Positions 35,917 through 46,895 are shown, counted from the stretch's first letter. The stretch is 64,000 nucleotides of DNA from an uncultured Acidobacteriota bacterium (GCA_963796275.1 CAWCKY010000006.1:64001-128000), one strand, 5' to 3'. Numbers and translations are program-made. Notes: generated by a model from the letters alone, not told the origin.

Positions 35917-37311
35917 ATGAGCCCCGATGCAATTCAATCCAAAGCCTTCCAACGCGCGGCTCTGAAGAGTGAGTCGTACCGTATCCTCGGATTGCTGTGC
36001 GTCTTGGGCGGATTGTTCCTTTACGCGATAGCTCGCGGTGCCGTTACCGGTGAGCTGCGACTCCTCCTCACGCAAATCCTGCTGCTTGCTGTCGCGGCCG
36101 GCTTTGAAGGAGGGATGTTGCTGATCGTGAGAAGAGCGGTCCGATTGGAGCGAGACCTTACGCCTTCAGTGTGGCTGGTCATGGTGTTGGTTGAGACGCT
36201 TCTTCCCACGATCGCTATTTTCATGCTGACCGAAAGCCGGTATACCACTCCGTACCAGGCGCTCGTCGCGCCGGTTGTCCTCGTCTATTTCTTTCTCATT
36301 ATCCTTACAGCGCTTCGGCTGAGTCCTTATCTCTCCTTGTTGACCGGTCTCTTTTCCGCATTGGGTTATCTCGCTGCCACATTCTATATGCGCTGGCAGT
36401 ACCCAAATCCTGACGCCAGTAGCGGCGTGTTCCCCATGGCCATCTATGTCATGTATGCAGTCTCGATGCTCATTGGCGGAATTATTGCAGCCTTCGTGAC
36501 CGGGCAGATTCGGATTCATGTCTCTGCGGCCTTGCGCGAAGCCGAGTTGCAACGCAAGCTCGAGCGGATGAACCACGACCTTGGCATCGCGCGTTCGATC
36601 CAACAAGGACTGCTGCCACGTCATTCACCCGAGCTCACTGATTTCGAGATTGCCGGCTGGAATCAACCTGCCGACCAGACCGGGGGCGACTACTTCGACT
36701 GGCAGGCGCTGCCCGATGGACGACTCGCCATCAGCCTCGGTGACGTGGCCGGCCATGGCATCGGACCCGCGCTGGTGACCGCGGCGTGTCGAGCTTATGC
36801 GCGCGCCAGTTTTCTAGCCGATGGTGATCCAGCCACCGTGCTGAAGCGCCTCAATCAGTTGCTGGCTGAGGACCTTCCCCCGGACCGGTTCGTCACCTAC
36901 GCGGTCGCTTTGCTCGATCCAATCGGGTCAAAACTACAGCTGCTCTCTGCAGGCCACGGCCCAATCCTGTGGTACAGGCCTGCCACGGATGAAATCCGGA
37001 ACCTTGATGCCCAGGGCATTCCATTGGGCCTGATCCAGGGCATTGAGTACGGCCATCCTACGGAGACGCCTCTCGCTCCGGGGGACATGCTCGTGTTGGT
37101 AACTGATGGCTTCTACGAATGGGAGAATCCCCAGGGTGAAGAGTTCGGATTGACGCGGCTTCAAGAGGTGATTCGGGAGTCGTGCGATTTTCCAGCCTGT
37201 GAGGTAATTCAGCGGTTGTACTCAACCTTAATGAACTTTTGCCAGGGAACTGAGCAAAAGGATGATCTGACCGCGGTCGTTCTCAAGCGGAAGGTAGAAT
37301 CACCCAATTGA
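35917..37311 (+). CDS. Membrane-bound PP2C/SpoIIE-family Ser/Thr phosphatase
   Basis: About 6 TM segments then TGGDYFD, GDVAGHG, VTDGFYE, DDLT. Confidence 0.92.
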   Translation: MSPDAIQSKAFQRAALKSESYRILGLLCVLGGLFLYAIARGAVTGELRLLLTQILLLAVAAGFEGGMLLIVRRAVRLERDLTPSVWLVMVLVETLLPTIAIFMLTESRYTTPYQALVAPVVLVYFFLIILTALRLSPYLSLLTGLFSALGYLAATFYMRWQYPNPDASSGVFPMAIYVMYAVSMLIGGIIAAFVTGQIRIHVSAALREAELQRKLERMNHDLGIARSIQQGLLPRHSPELTDFEIAGWNQPADQTGGDYFDWQALPDGRLAISLGDVAGHGIGPALVTAACRAYARASFLADGDPATVLKRLNQLLAEDLPPDRFVTYAVALLDPIGSKLQLLSAGHGPILWYRPATDEIRNLDAQGIPLGLIQGIEYGHPTETPLAPGDMLVLVTDGFYEWENPQGEEFGLTRLQEVIRESCDFPACEVIQRLYSTLMNFCQGTEQKDDLTAVVLKRKVESPN

Positions 37312-37353
37312 TATCCATTCCATGACACTGATATTACGGGTGAAGCGGAAAGA

Positions 37354-37490
37354 CCTCCAATATTTCGTGGCTAACCCAATATCTTGGGTTACAAGGAGCC
37401 CTTCTACTTTTTAATCCGACTCGCAGGTGATTGTGTTCAATAGCTTTTCCACTTTTTCCCCTGGTCTTCTCCTCGGCTCAAAGCTTGCTA
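37354..37490 (+). promoter_or_regulatory. Sigma54 promoter P5 plus tandem activator sites (fermentation operon)
   Basis: CTCCAATATTTCG and ACCCAATATCTTGGGT 19 bp apart; TCGGCTCAAAGCTTGCTA with GG at 37475. Confidence 0.75.
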
Positions 37491-37542
37491 TCTATGAATT
37501 CGAATAACGGTTCGGAGTGTGGGAACCCTCAATGGAGACATT

Positions 37543-37656
37543 ATGAAAAAAACGATCGTCATCCAATTATCTTTGACTTGTCTTCTTGTTGTTCTTCCGC
37601 GAATGGCCAGGAAAAGGTCAGAGCTTTTGAATCGTTTCTGTATGGCGTCGTCATAG
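37543..37656 (+). pseudogene. Signal-peptide-like gene remnant
   Basis: GGAG RBS; MKKTIVIQLSLTCLLVVL, then frameshift and stop. Confidence 0.45.
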
Positions 37657-37739
37657 CGAACATTCTATCTCTCCTGTTGAAGGAGATTGGTTCCGCAGTT
37701 CGAATAACGTCGGCAGGAGTGACCAGGGAGGAGAAGAAG

Positions 37740-37903
37740 ATGAATCGAGAAACCGAAACCGGAAAGTATGAACGCCTGCTGGAGCGTTGCCGGAGTTTGG
37801 ATCCGATTCGAACTACTGTGGCCGGGCCGATAGTGTGCGATCACGGACTGCCAGTTGCGCAGTTGCCATGTTGGCGGCTCATGCGCGGCGAAGGAGGACA
37901 TAG
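37740..37903 (+). pseudogene. pta: Phosphate acetyl/butyryltransferase collapsed by an internal deletion
   Basis: N terminus MNRETETGKYERLLERCRSLDPIRTTVA joined out of frame to C terminus ADSVRSRTASCAVAMLAAHARRRRT*, directly before ack. Confidence 0.75.
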
Positions 37904-37914
37904 GGGGTGCTTTG

Positions 37915-39099
37915 ATGGATGATTACTCTCTTGTGCTCAATGCCGGCTCATCGAGCTTGAAATTCTGCGTTTTCCAGCGGCCGAAGGGAAAAAACTGGCG
38001 ATTGGAAGAGCGGGGCCAGATCGAAGGTATCGGAACCGCGCCGCGGCTCTCTGTCAAAGACGCTCAGGGCGCAAACCTTGCCGATGATAAGTTGGACAGG
38101 GCTATCCGCGATGGGCGCGCCGCTATCGATGCTCTGGCATTCTGGCTCCAATCCAGGTATGGCGGCTCGCGAGTGCTGGGTGTCGGCCACCGCGTCGTCC
38201 ACGGGGGATCGCGATTTGCCGGTCCCACGATCGTGAACAGGCAGGTTCTGGAAGAGCTCTATCGACTGGTTCCTTTGGCGCCATTACACGAGCCGTACAA
38301 TCTGGCAGCCATTGAAGCGGCCTTCGAGCGATTGCCGGGCGTGCCGCAGGTTGCCTGCTTCGACACCAGCTTTCATCGCGGCCATTCGGCCGTTGCTGAG
38401 TTGATCCCGCTGCCACGTGATATTTGCAGATCGGACCTCCAGCGGTATGGTTTCCATGGCCTGTCTTACGAATATATCGCATCCGTTTTACCGGAGGTGG
38501 CCCCGGAGATCGCCATGGGGCGCGTCATCGTTGCCCATCTTGGAAGCGGCGCCAGTCTATGCGCATTGCAGGAGGGGAAAAGCATCGACAGCACGATGGC
38601 CTTCACAGCGCTCGATGGGCTGTGCATGGGCACGAGGCCGGGCGCGATCGATCCCGGTATAGTTCTGTATCTTTTTCAGAATCTCGGACTTTCGGCCAAA
38701 GAGGTGGAGACCATCCTCTATAAGAGGTCGGGATTACTCGGCATTTCCGGCATCAGTAGCGACATGCGAGACCTGCTTGGGCGGAGTGAACCGGAGGCCC
38801 GCCTGGCGGTTGATTTCTTCGTTTACCGGATTGCCAAGGAGACAGGCGCGCTGGCTGCCGTATTGGGCGGCCTCGATGGACTGGTATTCACCGCCGGTAT
38901 TGGAGAGAACTCAGCCGATATCCGCCGGCGAATCTGCGAGACCGCTTCATGGCTTGGAGTAGAACTCGACGCGGAAGCGAATGCCGGCAGAGGTCCGCGC
39001 ATTTCCGCTCCGCAAAGTAAGGTCTCGGTCTGGGTGATCCCGACCAACGAGGAGCTCATGATCGCGCGGCATACCGGAATGCTGCTCGGGTTGGGATAG
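37915..39099 (+). CDS. ackA: Acetate/propionate kinase
   Basis: LNAGSSSLK, GHRVVHGG, FDTSFH, FTAGIGEN, IPTNEELMIA. Confidence 0.96.
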   Translation: MDDYSLVLNAGSSSLKFCVFQRPKGKNWRLEERGQIEGIGTAPRLSVKDAQGANLADDKLDRAIRDGRAAIDALAFWLQSRYGGSRVLGVGHRVVHGGSRFAGPTIVNRQVLEELYRLVPLAPLHEPYNLAAIEAAFERLPGVPQVACFDTSFHRGHSAVAELIPLPRDICRSDLQRYGFHGLSYEYIASVLPEVAPEIAMGRVIVAHLGSGASLCALQEGKSIDSTMAFTALDGLCMGTRPGAIDPGIVLYLFQNLGLSAKEVETILYKRSGLLGISGISSDMRDLLGRSEPEARLAVDFFVYRIAKETGALAAVLGGLDGLVFTAGIGENSADIRRRICETASWLGVELDAEANAGRGPRISAPQSKVSVWVIPTNEELMIARHTGMLLGLG

Positions 39100-39135
39100 C
39101 TCCGCTCGTGCGCAATTTAAGTGAGAAGAACCACG

Positions 39136-39366
39136 ATGGCTAATACCGCATCACAAGAAATCGCCCGCGAGCAAGTTATTCCCGCATGGCAAGGATTCAG
39201 GCCAAAGTCCTGGTGTGACACGCTGCTCGATGCGATAGATCACCCGGAGCAGTATCCGAACCTGACGATCCGCGTCTCAGGATATGCCGTTAACTACATG
39301 CGGCTGACGCGCGAGCAGCAAATGGACGTGATCAACCGCACGTTTCACGGAGTATGGGCGATATGA
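39136..39366 (+). pseudogene. pflB: Pyruvate formate-lyase reduced by in-frame deletion to a 76-aa glycyl-radical mini-protein
   Basis: PFL N terminus (AWQGFRP..W) fused to [39 protein letters not shown]; ATGA overlap with pflA. Confidence 0.85.
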
Positions 39367-40208
39367 GCGAAAAACAAATGTCGCAACCTGTTCGGCTGGA
39401 GGCGAAAAGCCCTTTCGACCTGCGGGTGAACCTGGGCCGGGGCGTGCCTGAATCGGACGTGCGAAAGGCGCTGGCCACCGGGGAGATGGGCTTCCTTCAT
39501 TCATTCACCACCGGCTCCACCGTCGATGGGCCTGGCCTACGCATTGTTGCGTGGACGGCGGGCTGTCAGTTTCGATGCCTCTACTGCCATAACCCGGACA
39601 CCTGGAATATGAGCAACGGCATTCCCGTGACCCTGACTCGTGCGACCGAGGAGCTGCGCAGGTATCGCTATGGCCTCAAATCGATGTCGGGCGGGTTCAC
39701 CTTGAGCGGTGGCGAGCCGCTTATGCAGGATCGGTTCGCAGTCAAGCTATTTACAGCGGCACAGAGGATGGGAATCCATACCGCTTTGGATACCAACGGC
39801 TTTCTGGGCGTACGGCTCAGCGATGCGGAGTTGGAGACGATCGACTTGATGTTGCTGGACATCAAGACCTGGGATGATCAGCGCCACCGGCGACTTACGG
39901 GAATGGATATTGGCCCGACCCTGGATTTCGCGCGCCGCCTTTCCGCCCGGAGAAGACCGGTATGGCTGCGCTTCGTGTTGGTGCGCGGATTGACTGACGA
40001 CGCGGCAGACATCGCGGGGATTGCCAAGTTCGCCGCCGGCCTGGGAATCGTCGAGCGAGTCGACGTACTGCCCTTTCATCAAATGGGCCGATTTAAGTGG
40101 AAGGAACTCAAGCTCAACTACACCCTCGATGATGTTGAACCTCCGACGATCGAAGCGGTCGACCGCGCCTGCGCCCTGTTTCGCGCCGAAGGACTCAAGA
40201 CAGTTTGA
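39363..40208 (+). CDS. pflA: Pyruvate formate-lyase activating enzyme (radical SAM)
   Basis: [33 protein letters not shown]. Confidence 0.95.
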   Translation: MSEKQMSQPVRLEAKSPFDLRVNLGRGVPESDVRKALATGEMGFLHSFTTGSTVDGPGLRIVAWTAGCQFRCLYCHNPDTWNMSNGIPVTLTRATEELRRYRYGLKSMSGGFTLSGGEPLMQDRFAVKLFTAAQRMGIHTALDTNGFLGVRLSDAELETIDLMLLDIKTWDDQRHRRLTGMDIGPTLDFARRLSARRRPVWLRFVLVRGLTDDAADIAGIAKFAAGLGIVERVDVLPFHQMGRFKWKELKLNYTLDDVEPPTIEAVDRACALFRAEGLKTV

Positions 40209-40348
40209 GCAAAGAGTCGGTCACGTCTTCAGAGAAGTAGAGGCTATGAAACTACGAAAATCAGGTTTCCATATAGAGCTATTGTTGGGAACAGTGCTTC
40301 TTGCGTAGAGAGACTGGCAACAGATGATCATTTTCAGAAAGGAACATT

Positions 40349-42868
40349 ATGGCGGAAGGACAGAAACACAGTAGGTCGGTTTCGCAGAGATTGATGGAAT
40401 CCGATAAGCTGTCGAAGCTCCTCCAGAAATACGGCTGCGGCCCTGTTGAGTTATCGGGGACCGACAACGCATTCTATGAACGCCATCTCGTCTTCGACAA
40501 AGTCCTCGATTTAACGGCTGCTGGTCCACGCGAGCGCTTTGAGGCGTTCGCCCGCTCCGTGCGGGATATCCTCTCGCAGAGATGGGTGCATACGGAGAAG
40601 ACCTACGAGCGCGAGAACCCCAAGCGAGTCTACTATCTCTCGATGGAATTTCTCATTGGCCGCTCGCTGGCCAACAATATCGCGAACCTTTTACTCGATC
40701 CCCATGTGAAGCAAGCCGTCAAGCAAAAAAACCTCGACTGGGTTGAATTGCTCGAACAGGAGCCAGACGCCGGGCTGGGCAACGGGGGATTGGGACGACT
40801 GGCTGCTTGTTTCCTTGAATCGATGGCCACGATGAAGCTTCCGGCTATGGGCTACGGGATGCGGTACGAATACGGAATATTCAAGCAATCCATCAGGGAC
40901 GGCTGGCAACACGAAGAGGCTGACAACTGGCTGCGGCGCCCGGACCCGTGGGAGGTCGCTCGTCCCGAGGAGCAGGTGGAAGTCAAGCTCAACTGCTCAT
41001 TCGAAATCCATGGCGGCACGTTGCGAGCGGTTTGGAACCGCCCGTCTACTCTGATCGGCATTCCATTTGATCGCCCCGTCGTGGGCTATGATGGAGAGAC
41101 CATCAATACGCTGCGACTGTGGGCCGCCGCAGCGCCCGACTTCTTCAATTTTCAGGAGTTCAGCGGCGGAGATTTTGTCGGCGCGCTGGCCGAAACTCTC
41201 ACTGCCGAGTCCCTCACACGAGTCCTCTATCCGGACGATTCCACGAGCCAGGGGCAGGGGCTCCGGTTCGTGCAGGAGTATTTTCTGGTCGCCTGCTCGC
41301 TGGCCGATCTGGTGCGTCGCTTCCGGCGCACCAACAGCGATTGGAGCGCGCTTTCAGAGAAAGTCGCCATACAACTCAACGACACACACCCGGCGATGGC
41401 CGTCCCGGAGTTAGTACGGATACTACTTGACGAAGCCCACCTCGGATGGGACGAGGCCTGGGATATCACACAAAAGGCGCTGGCCTATACTAACCACACG
41501 CTTTTACCCGAAGCTTTGGAGAAATGGCCGCTGGCCTGGTTCAAGGCGGTGTTGCCGCGCCACCTGGAGATAATTCTCGAGATCAACAGTCGCCTGCTCG
41601 ATGATGTTCGGACTCGCTTTCCCGGCGATGAAGGGCGCGTCGCCAGAGTGAGCCTTATCGAAGAAGGCACCGCTCCTAAGATTCGCATGGCCAACCTGGC
41701 AATTGTCGGCTCGCACAGCACCAACGGCGTGGCCGCTCTTCACTCCGAACTGCTGCGCACGACGACGGTCAAGGACCTGGCCGAGATTTTTCCCGAGCGA
41801 TTCAACAACAAGACCAATGGCGTCACGCCGCGCCGCTGGCTGCTGCAGGCGAACCCGGTGCTCGCCCGCGCGATCACCGACGCCATAGGCGACGGCTGGA
41901 TTAGCGATCTCAGTCAATTGCGCCTTCTCCAGCCGCTTGCCGGAGACGACACTTTTCGCGCAAATTTTCGCAAGGCTAAACGCGAGGCCAAGTCCAAGTT
42001 TGCCGATTGGCTCAAAACGACATCCGGCCAGGAGGTAGACCCGGAAACCATCTTCGATTGCCAGGTCAAGCGGATTCACGAATACAAGCGACAACTCCTC
42101 AACGCGCTGCGCATCGTGGTGCTCTACAACCGGCTGCGAGCCGATCCCGACTACGATATGACGCCGCGGACGTTCTTCTTTGCCGGGAAGGCTGCGCCGG
42201 CTTACCACCTGGCCAAGCTCATCATCAAACTGATCAACAACCTGGCCGGTACCATCGACGGCGACCCGGCAGTCGGCGGGCGCCTGAAGGTAGTGTTCCT
42301 GCCCGATTATTGTGTTTCGCTCGCCGAGCGGCTGATCCCCGCTACCGACGTCTCCAACCAGATCTCGACCGCCGGCTATGAAGCCAGCGGGACGAGCAAC
42401 ATGAAGTTCATGATGAATGGGGCGCTGACCATCGGCACGCGCGACGGCGCGACCATTGAGATGGCTGAAGAAGCGGGCGAGGAGAATTTCTTCCTCTTTG
42501 GCCTGACTGCGGATGATGTGGCGGGCGGCCGTGCGTGGTACAGCCCATACTGGCACTATGAAAACGAACCGGAGACGCGCCAGGCGTTGGACCTGATCTT
42601 CTCCGACCACTTCAGCCGAAATGAGCCGGGAGTGTTCACTCCTCTCTGCGATCTGGTCCTTGTGCGCGGTGACTACTACAGGCATCTGGCCGATCTGACC
42701 TCGTATCTCGAAGCGGATCGGCGGCTTTGTGAATTGTACGCTGACCAGGACGGCTGGACGCGCAAGGCCATCTTGAATGTGGCCGGTTCCGGGAAGTTTT
42801 CCAGCGACAGGACGATCGCCGAATATGCCACCGGCATTTGGAGGGTAGAGCCATGCCCGGTGACTTAA
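40349..42868 (+). CDS. glgP: Glycogen/alpha-glucan phosphorylase
   Basis: LGNGGLGRLAAC, QLNDTHP, KRIHEYKRQ, EASGTSNMK. Confidence 0.97.
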   Translation: MAEGQKHSRSVSQRLMESDKLSKLLQKYGCGPVELSGTDNAFYERHLVFDKVLDLTAAGPRERFEAFARSVRDILSQRWVHTEKTYERENPKRVYYLSMEFLIGRSLANNIANLLLDPHVKQAVKQKNLDWVELLEQEPDAGLGNGGLGRLAACFLESMATMKLPAMGYGMRYEYGIFKQSIRDGWQHEEADNWLRRPDPWEVARPEEQVEVKLNCSFEIHGGTLRAVWNRPSTLIGIPFDRPVVGYDGETINTLRLWAAAAPDFFNFQEFSGGDFVGALAETLTAESLTRVLYPDDSTSQGQGLRFVQEYFLVACSLADLVRRFRRTNSDWSALSEKVAIQLNDTHPAMAVPELVRILLDEAHLGWDEAWDITQKALAYTNHTLLPEALEKWPLAWFKAVLPRHLEIILEINSRLLDDVRTRFPGDEGRVARVSLIEEGTAPKIRMANLAIVGSHSTNGVAALHSELLRTTTVKDLAEIFPERFNNKTNGVTPRRWLLQANPVLARAITDAIGDGWISDLSQLRLLQPLAGDDTFRANFRKAKREAKSKFADWLKTTSGQEVDPETIFDCQVKRIHEYKRQLLNALRIVVLYNRLRADPDYDMTPRTFFFAGKAAPAYHLAKLIIKLINNLAGTIDGDPAVGGRLKVVFLPDYCVSLAERLIPATDVSNQISTAGYEASGTSNMKFMMNGALTIGTRDGATIEMAEEAGEENFFLFGLTADDVAGGRAWYSPYWHYENEPETRQALDLIFSDHFSRNEPGVFTPLCDLVLVRGDYYRHLADLTSYLEADRRLCELYADQDGWTRKAILNVAGSGKFSSDRTIAEYATGIWRVEPCPVT

Positions 42869-42870
42869 AT

Positions 42871-42947
42871 AGTTTTCAGTTTTAGTTTTCAGTAAGAAGA
42901 AAATTTCACTGAAATTCGAAAACTAAAAACTAAAAACTGAAAACTGA
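42871..42947. repeat. AAAACTG heptamer-repeat hairpin (glgP-tal spacer)
   Basis: (AGTTTTC)n ... (AAAACTG/A)n arms. Confidence 0.85.
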
Positions 42948-42965
42948 TTTTCTGGAGATACCGAA

Positions 42966-44060
42966 ATGAAAGCGACCACATTACTTCATAACCTGGGCCA
43001 GAGTATCTGGCTCGACAACATCACGCGTGACATGCTCGACAGCGGCACGCTCAAACGCTACATCGACGAGCTCTCGGTGACGGGGCTCACCTCGAATCCG
43101 ACCATCTTCGAGCAGGCCATCAAGAATAGCACTGCATACGACGCCGACATCCGCGAAAAGTTCAAGGAAGGGAAGACGGCAGAGGAGCTGTTCTTCGAAC
43201 TGGCGCTGCGGGATCTCACTCGGGCGGCTGACCTGTTTCGACCGATCTACGACCAGACGAACGGGGTGAACGGGTGGGTGTCGCTGGAAGTCTCGCCCCT
43301 GCTGGCTTATGACACGGCCCGCACGCTTGCCGCGGCCAAAGATCTGTATAGCAGGGCGGGGCGACCCAACATCTTCATAAAAATTCCCGGCACGAAAGAA
43401 GGGTTGCCTGCCATCGAAGAGGCGATCTTTGCCGGGGTTCCTATTAACGTAACGCTCTTGTTTTCTCGCGAGCACTATCTGGCAGCTGCCGAAGCTTTCC
43501 TGCGCGGCATCGAGCGACGCATCGATGCGGGGCTCAAGCCCAGTGTGGGCTCGGTAGCATCGTTGTTCGTCAGCCGCTGGGATGTCGCCGTCATGGATAA
43601 AGTGCCCGACGCGCTGCGAAATCGACTCGGCATCTCAATCGCCGAGCGTACTTACAAGGCCGCCCGGACTCTGCTCAGTTCGCCCCGCTGGCATCGCGTC
43701 TACAGCTCCGGAGCATGGCCGCAACGCCTCCTATGGGCCAGCACGGGGATCAAGGATCCCCTGGCCTCTAATGTCCTGTACATCAAATCGCTCGCCGCGC
43801 CTTTCACGGTCAACACCATGCCTGAAGGTACCTTGAAAGCGCTGGCTGAGCACACCGAACTGGGCGCGATCATGTCGGCCGACGGGGGCAATTGCGAAGA
43901 GGTGTTATCGGAGTTCGCCAAGGCGGGCATAGACATCGATACGCTGGCTGCCCGGCTTCAGGACGACGGAGCTAAGGCGTTCATCAATTCGTGGAATGGG
44001 TTGATGGAAGTGATCGCCTCAAAGAGCGCTGCCCTCAAGGCCAGCGCTGCAGACAAGTAA
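42966..44060 (+). CDS. tal: Transaldolase
   Basis: SIWLDNITR, GLTSNPTIF, VSLEVSP, IKIPGT, NVTLLFS. Confidence 0.95.
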   Translation: MKATTLLHNLGQSIWLDNITRDMLDSGTLKRYIDELSVTGLTSNPTIFEQAIKNSTAYDADIREKFKEGKTAEELFFELALRDLTRAADLFRPIYDQTNGVNGWVSLEVSPLLAYDTARTLAAAKDLYSRAGRPNIFIKIPGTKEGLPAIEEAIFAGVPINVTLLFSREHYLAAAEAFLRGIERRIDAGLKPSVGSVASLFVSRWDVAVMDKVPDALRNRLGISIAERTYKAARTLLSSPRWHRVYSSGAWPQRLLWASTGIKDPLASNVLYIKSLAAPFTVNTMPEGTLKALAEHTELGAIMSADGGNCEEVLSEFAKAGIDIDTLAARLQDDGAKAFINSWNGLMEVIASKSAALKASAADK

Positions 44061-44104
44061 CTCTAGTACGGCGGAGGTTTGTAGATTGCTAGATGTTGGA
44101 GACC

Positions 44105-44273
44105 AGATGCTACAGCAAAAAAGAAAAACATTAACATTTTTCATTTGTAATTTTAGATTTTTGATTTGTCATTTAAAAAGGATCGGATCGAAAGAGTTTT
44201 CTTCAATGACAAATCAAAAATCTAAAATTACAAATGAAAAATGTTAATGTTTTTCTTTTTTGCTGTAGCATCT
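44105..44273. repeat. Perfect 69-bp inverted repeat with 31-nt loop (MITE-like heptamer element)
   Basis: 44105-44173 is the exact reverse complement of 44205-44273. Confidence 0.92.
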
Positions 44274-44387
44274 AGCATCCATATATATGTCAATGTTCCC
44301 GCCTCGGATCTCGGGGTGGATTCGGGCGGCGTTTCGGACTGGCGCGTCGATGCGCTCCGTGCGCTCGCCGGCATCAAAGGAGGATTT

Positions 44388-46814
44388 ATGATTCCGAGTA
44401 GGTCTGTAACCAGCGACCTGAGCAGTTATGGGGTCGCCCGGTCCACGATTCAAGCCGCACCTTTAAAAGCGGAAGAACTGCGCAAGACACATGCGTTTTG
44501 GAGGGCGTGCAATTATCTGGCCCTGGGGATGATTTATCTGCAAGACAATCCGCTACTTCGCGAGCCGCTGAAGCCGGAGCATATCAAAAACCGCATGCTC
44601 GGGCACTGGGGCGCCAGCCCGGCCCTCTCGTTCATCTACACACATTTGAACCGAGTCATCAAGAATTACGACCTCGATATGATCTTCATGGCGGGTCCCG
44701 GTCACGGCGCTCCCGGAGTGCTTGGCCCGGTTTACCTGGAGGGCTCTTATTCGGAGATCTATCCCGACAAGAGTCAGGATGAGGAAGGGTTGGGGCGTTT
44801 TTTCAAACAGTTCTCCTTCCCTGGCGGCATCGGCAGTCATTGCACGCCCGAGACGCCGGGATCGATTCATGAGGGAGGCGAACTGGGTTATGTCTTGTCA
44901 CACGCTTGTGGCGCTGCTTTCGACAACCCGGAGCTGATCGTCGCCGCCGTGGTTGGTGACGGTGAAGCGGAGACCGGACCGCTGGCGACTTCCTGGCACA
45001 TCAATAAATTTCTCAACCCAATTCGGGATGGAGCCGTGCTTCCGATCCTCAATCTCAACGGCTACAAGATCAACAATCCGACCTTGCTGGCACGCATCAG
45101 TCACGAGGAGTTGGAAAACCTGTTCAAAGGCTACGGCTATACGCCATTTTTTGTGGAAGGATCGGATGTCGAATCGATGCATCAGGCTCTGGCGGCGACC
45201 TTGGATCACTGCATTAAGAATATTCGGGCTATGCAGACCGATGCACGGAGCAGTGGGACGGCGATACGGCCACGATGGCCGATGATTGTGTTGCGGGCGC
45301 CGAAAGGTTGGACCGCGCCATCGGAGGTCGATGGACACAAGCTCGAAGGGTTATGGAGGTCGCACCAGGTGCCATTGGCGGGGGTTAAGAAGAATCCCGC
45401 TCATCTGAAAATGCTCGAGGAGTGGATGCGCAGCTACAAACCAGAGGAACTGTTCGACTCAAACGGCAGGCTGGTCTCAGAACTGAGCGAGTTGACCCCT
45501 CTGGGTTTGCGCCGTATGGGCGCCAACCCTCATGCCAATGGCGGACTGCTGAAGAAGGCTCTCCGGCTGCCCGATTTTCGGAAGTACGGGATCAAGTTCG
45601 AGAAGCCGGGTCAGATCGAAGCCGAGAACACGCCGCCATTGGGTAACTTCCTGCGCGATGTGATGAAGTTGAATATGGATAGCTTCCGAATTTTTGGGCC
45701 AGATGAAAATACGTCCAACAAGCTCGCCGCGGTCTACGAAGCGAGCAAGAAGTTCTGGATCGCCGAGTCTTTTCCGGAAGACAAGGATGGCGGGGAGCTC
45801 TCGGTCGACGGGCGGGTGATTGAGATGCTCAGCGAGCACACGGTTGAAGGGATGTTGGAGGGTTACGTGCTCACGGGGCGGCACGGTTTCTTCTCTACTT
45901 ATGAGGCGTTCGCCCACGTCATCGACTCGATGTTCAACCAGCACGCTAAGTGGCTGTCGATCTGCAATGACCTCACGTGGCGGCGGCCGATCGCGTCGCT
46001 CAACCTGCTGATCACGTCTACCGTCTGGCGGCAGGATCACAATGGCTTTACGCACCAGGATCCCGGCTTCATCGATGTGGTCGTTAATAAGCGGGCGGAA
46101 GTGACCCGCATCTATATGCCGCCGGATGTCAACAGCCTCTTATCCGTGGCCAACCATTGCCTGCGGAGCGAGAACTACGTCAACGTGATCGTGTGCGATA
46201 AGCAACTCCACTTACAGTACCTGGACATGGAGTCAGCCATAACGCATTGCACGAAGGGGATCAGCATCTGGGGCCAGGCGAGCAATGATCAGGGACAAGA
46301 ACCCGATGTGGTCATGGCATGCGCGGGGGATATCCCAACCCAGGAGGCCTTGGCTGCGACAGCCATGCTGCGGGAGGAATTTCCCGATCTGAAGATTCGC
46401 TTCATCAATGTCGTTGATCTGTTCAAGATGCAATCGGACCGCGAGCACCCGCACGGTTTGAGCGATCGCGACTTCGACGGGTTGTTTACGGTTGATAAAC
46501 CGATCATCTTCAATTTCCACGGCTATCCGTGGCTGATTCACAGGCTGGCCTACAGCCGGAGAAACCACAAAAACCTGCACGTGCGCGGTTACAAGGAACG
46601 GGGGAACATCAATACCCCGATGGAACTAGCAATCGAGAATGAGATAGACCGCTTCACTCTGGCGAACGATGTGATAGACCGGGTACCGAAGCTCCAGGCG
46701 ACCGGTTCCCACGCCAAGGAGAGGTTCAGGAATATGCAGATTGCCTGTCGCCAATATGCGCACGAGCATGGAATCGACAAACCGGAGGTAGTTGAGTGGC
46801 GGTGGCCGCTCTGA
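44388..46814 (+). CDS. xfp: Phosphoketolase
   Basis: AAGGAGG RBS; [33 protein letters not shown]. Confidence 0.96.
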   Translation: MIPSRSVTSDLSSYGVARSTIQAAPLKAEELRKTHAFWRACNYLALGMIYLQDNPLLREPLKPEHIKNRMLGHWGASPALSFIYTHLNRVIKNYDLDMIFMAGPGHGAPGVLGPVYLEGSYSEIYPDKSQDEEGLGRFFKQFSFPGGIGSHCTPETPGSIHEGGELGYVLSHACGAAFDNPELIVAAVVGDGEAETGPLATSWHINKFLNPIRDGAVLPILNLNGYKINNPTLLARISHEELENLFKGYGYTPFFVEGSDVESMHQALAATLDHCIKNIRAMQTDARSSGTAIRPRWPMIVLRAPKGWTAPSEVDGHKLEGLWRSHQVPLAGVKKNPAHLKMLEEWMRSYKPEELFDSNGRLVSELSELTPLGLRRMGANPHANGGLLKKALRLPDFRKYGIKFEKPGQIEAENTPPLGNFLRDVMKLNMDSFRIFGPDENTSNKLAAVYEASKKFWIAESFPEDKDGGELSVDGRVIEMLSEHTVEGMLEGYVLTGRHGFFSTYEAFAHVIDSMFNQHAKWLSICNDLTWRRPIASLNLLITSTVWRQDHNGFTHQDPGFIDVVVNKRAEVTRIYMPPDVNSLLSVANHCLRSENYVNVIVCDKQLHLQYLDMESAITHCTKGISIWGQASNDQGQEPDVVMACAGDIPTQEALAATAMLREEFPDLKIRFINVVDLFKMQSDREHPHGLSDRDFDGLFTVDKPIIFNFHGYPWLIHRLAYSRRNHKNLHVRGYKERGNINTPMELAIENEIDRFTLANDVIDRVPKLQATGSHAKERFRNMQIACRQYAHEHGIDKPEVVEWRWPL

Positions 46815-46895
46815 CAGTTTTCAGTTTTCAGTTTTTTGGTTTCGGTTATCAGTTCTCGGTGAAGAGCGAACTGAAAACTGAAAACTGAAAACTGA
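46815..46895. repeat. AAAACTG heptamer-repeat hairpin (xfp-gap spacer)
   Basis: CAGTTTTCAGTTTTCAG...AACTGAAAACTGAAAACTGAAAACTGA. Confidence 0.85.

Noticed and set aside
33381-42685. Long antisense ORFs (33381-34607, 41504-42685 and similar)
   Set aside because: Shadow frames of GC-rich genes on the opposite strand.
44241-44387. N-terminal extension of xfp
   Set aside because: It starts inside the hairpin arm; the strong RBS points to ATG 44388.
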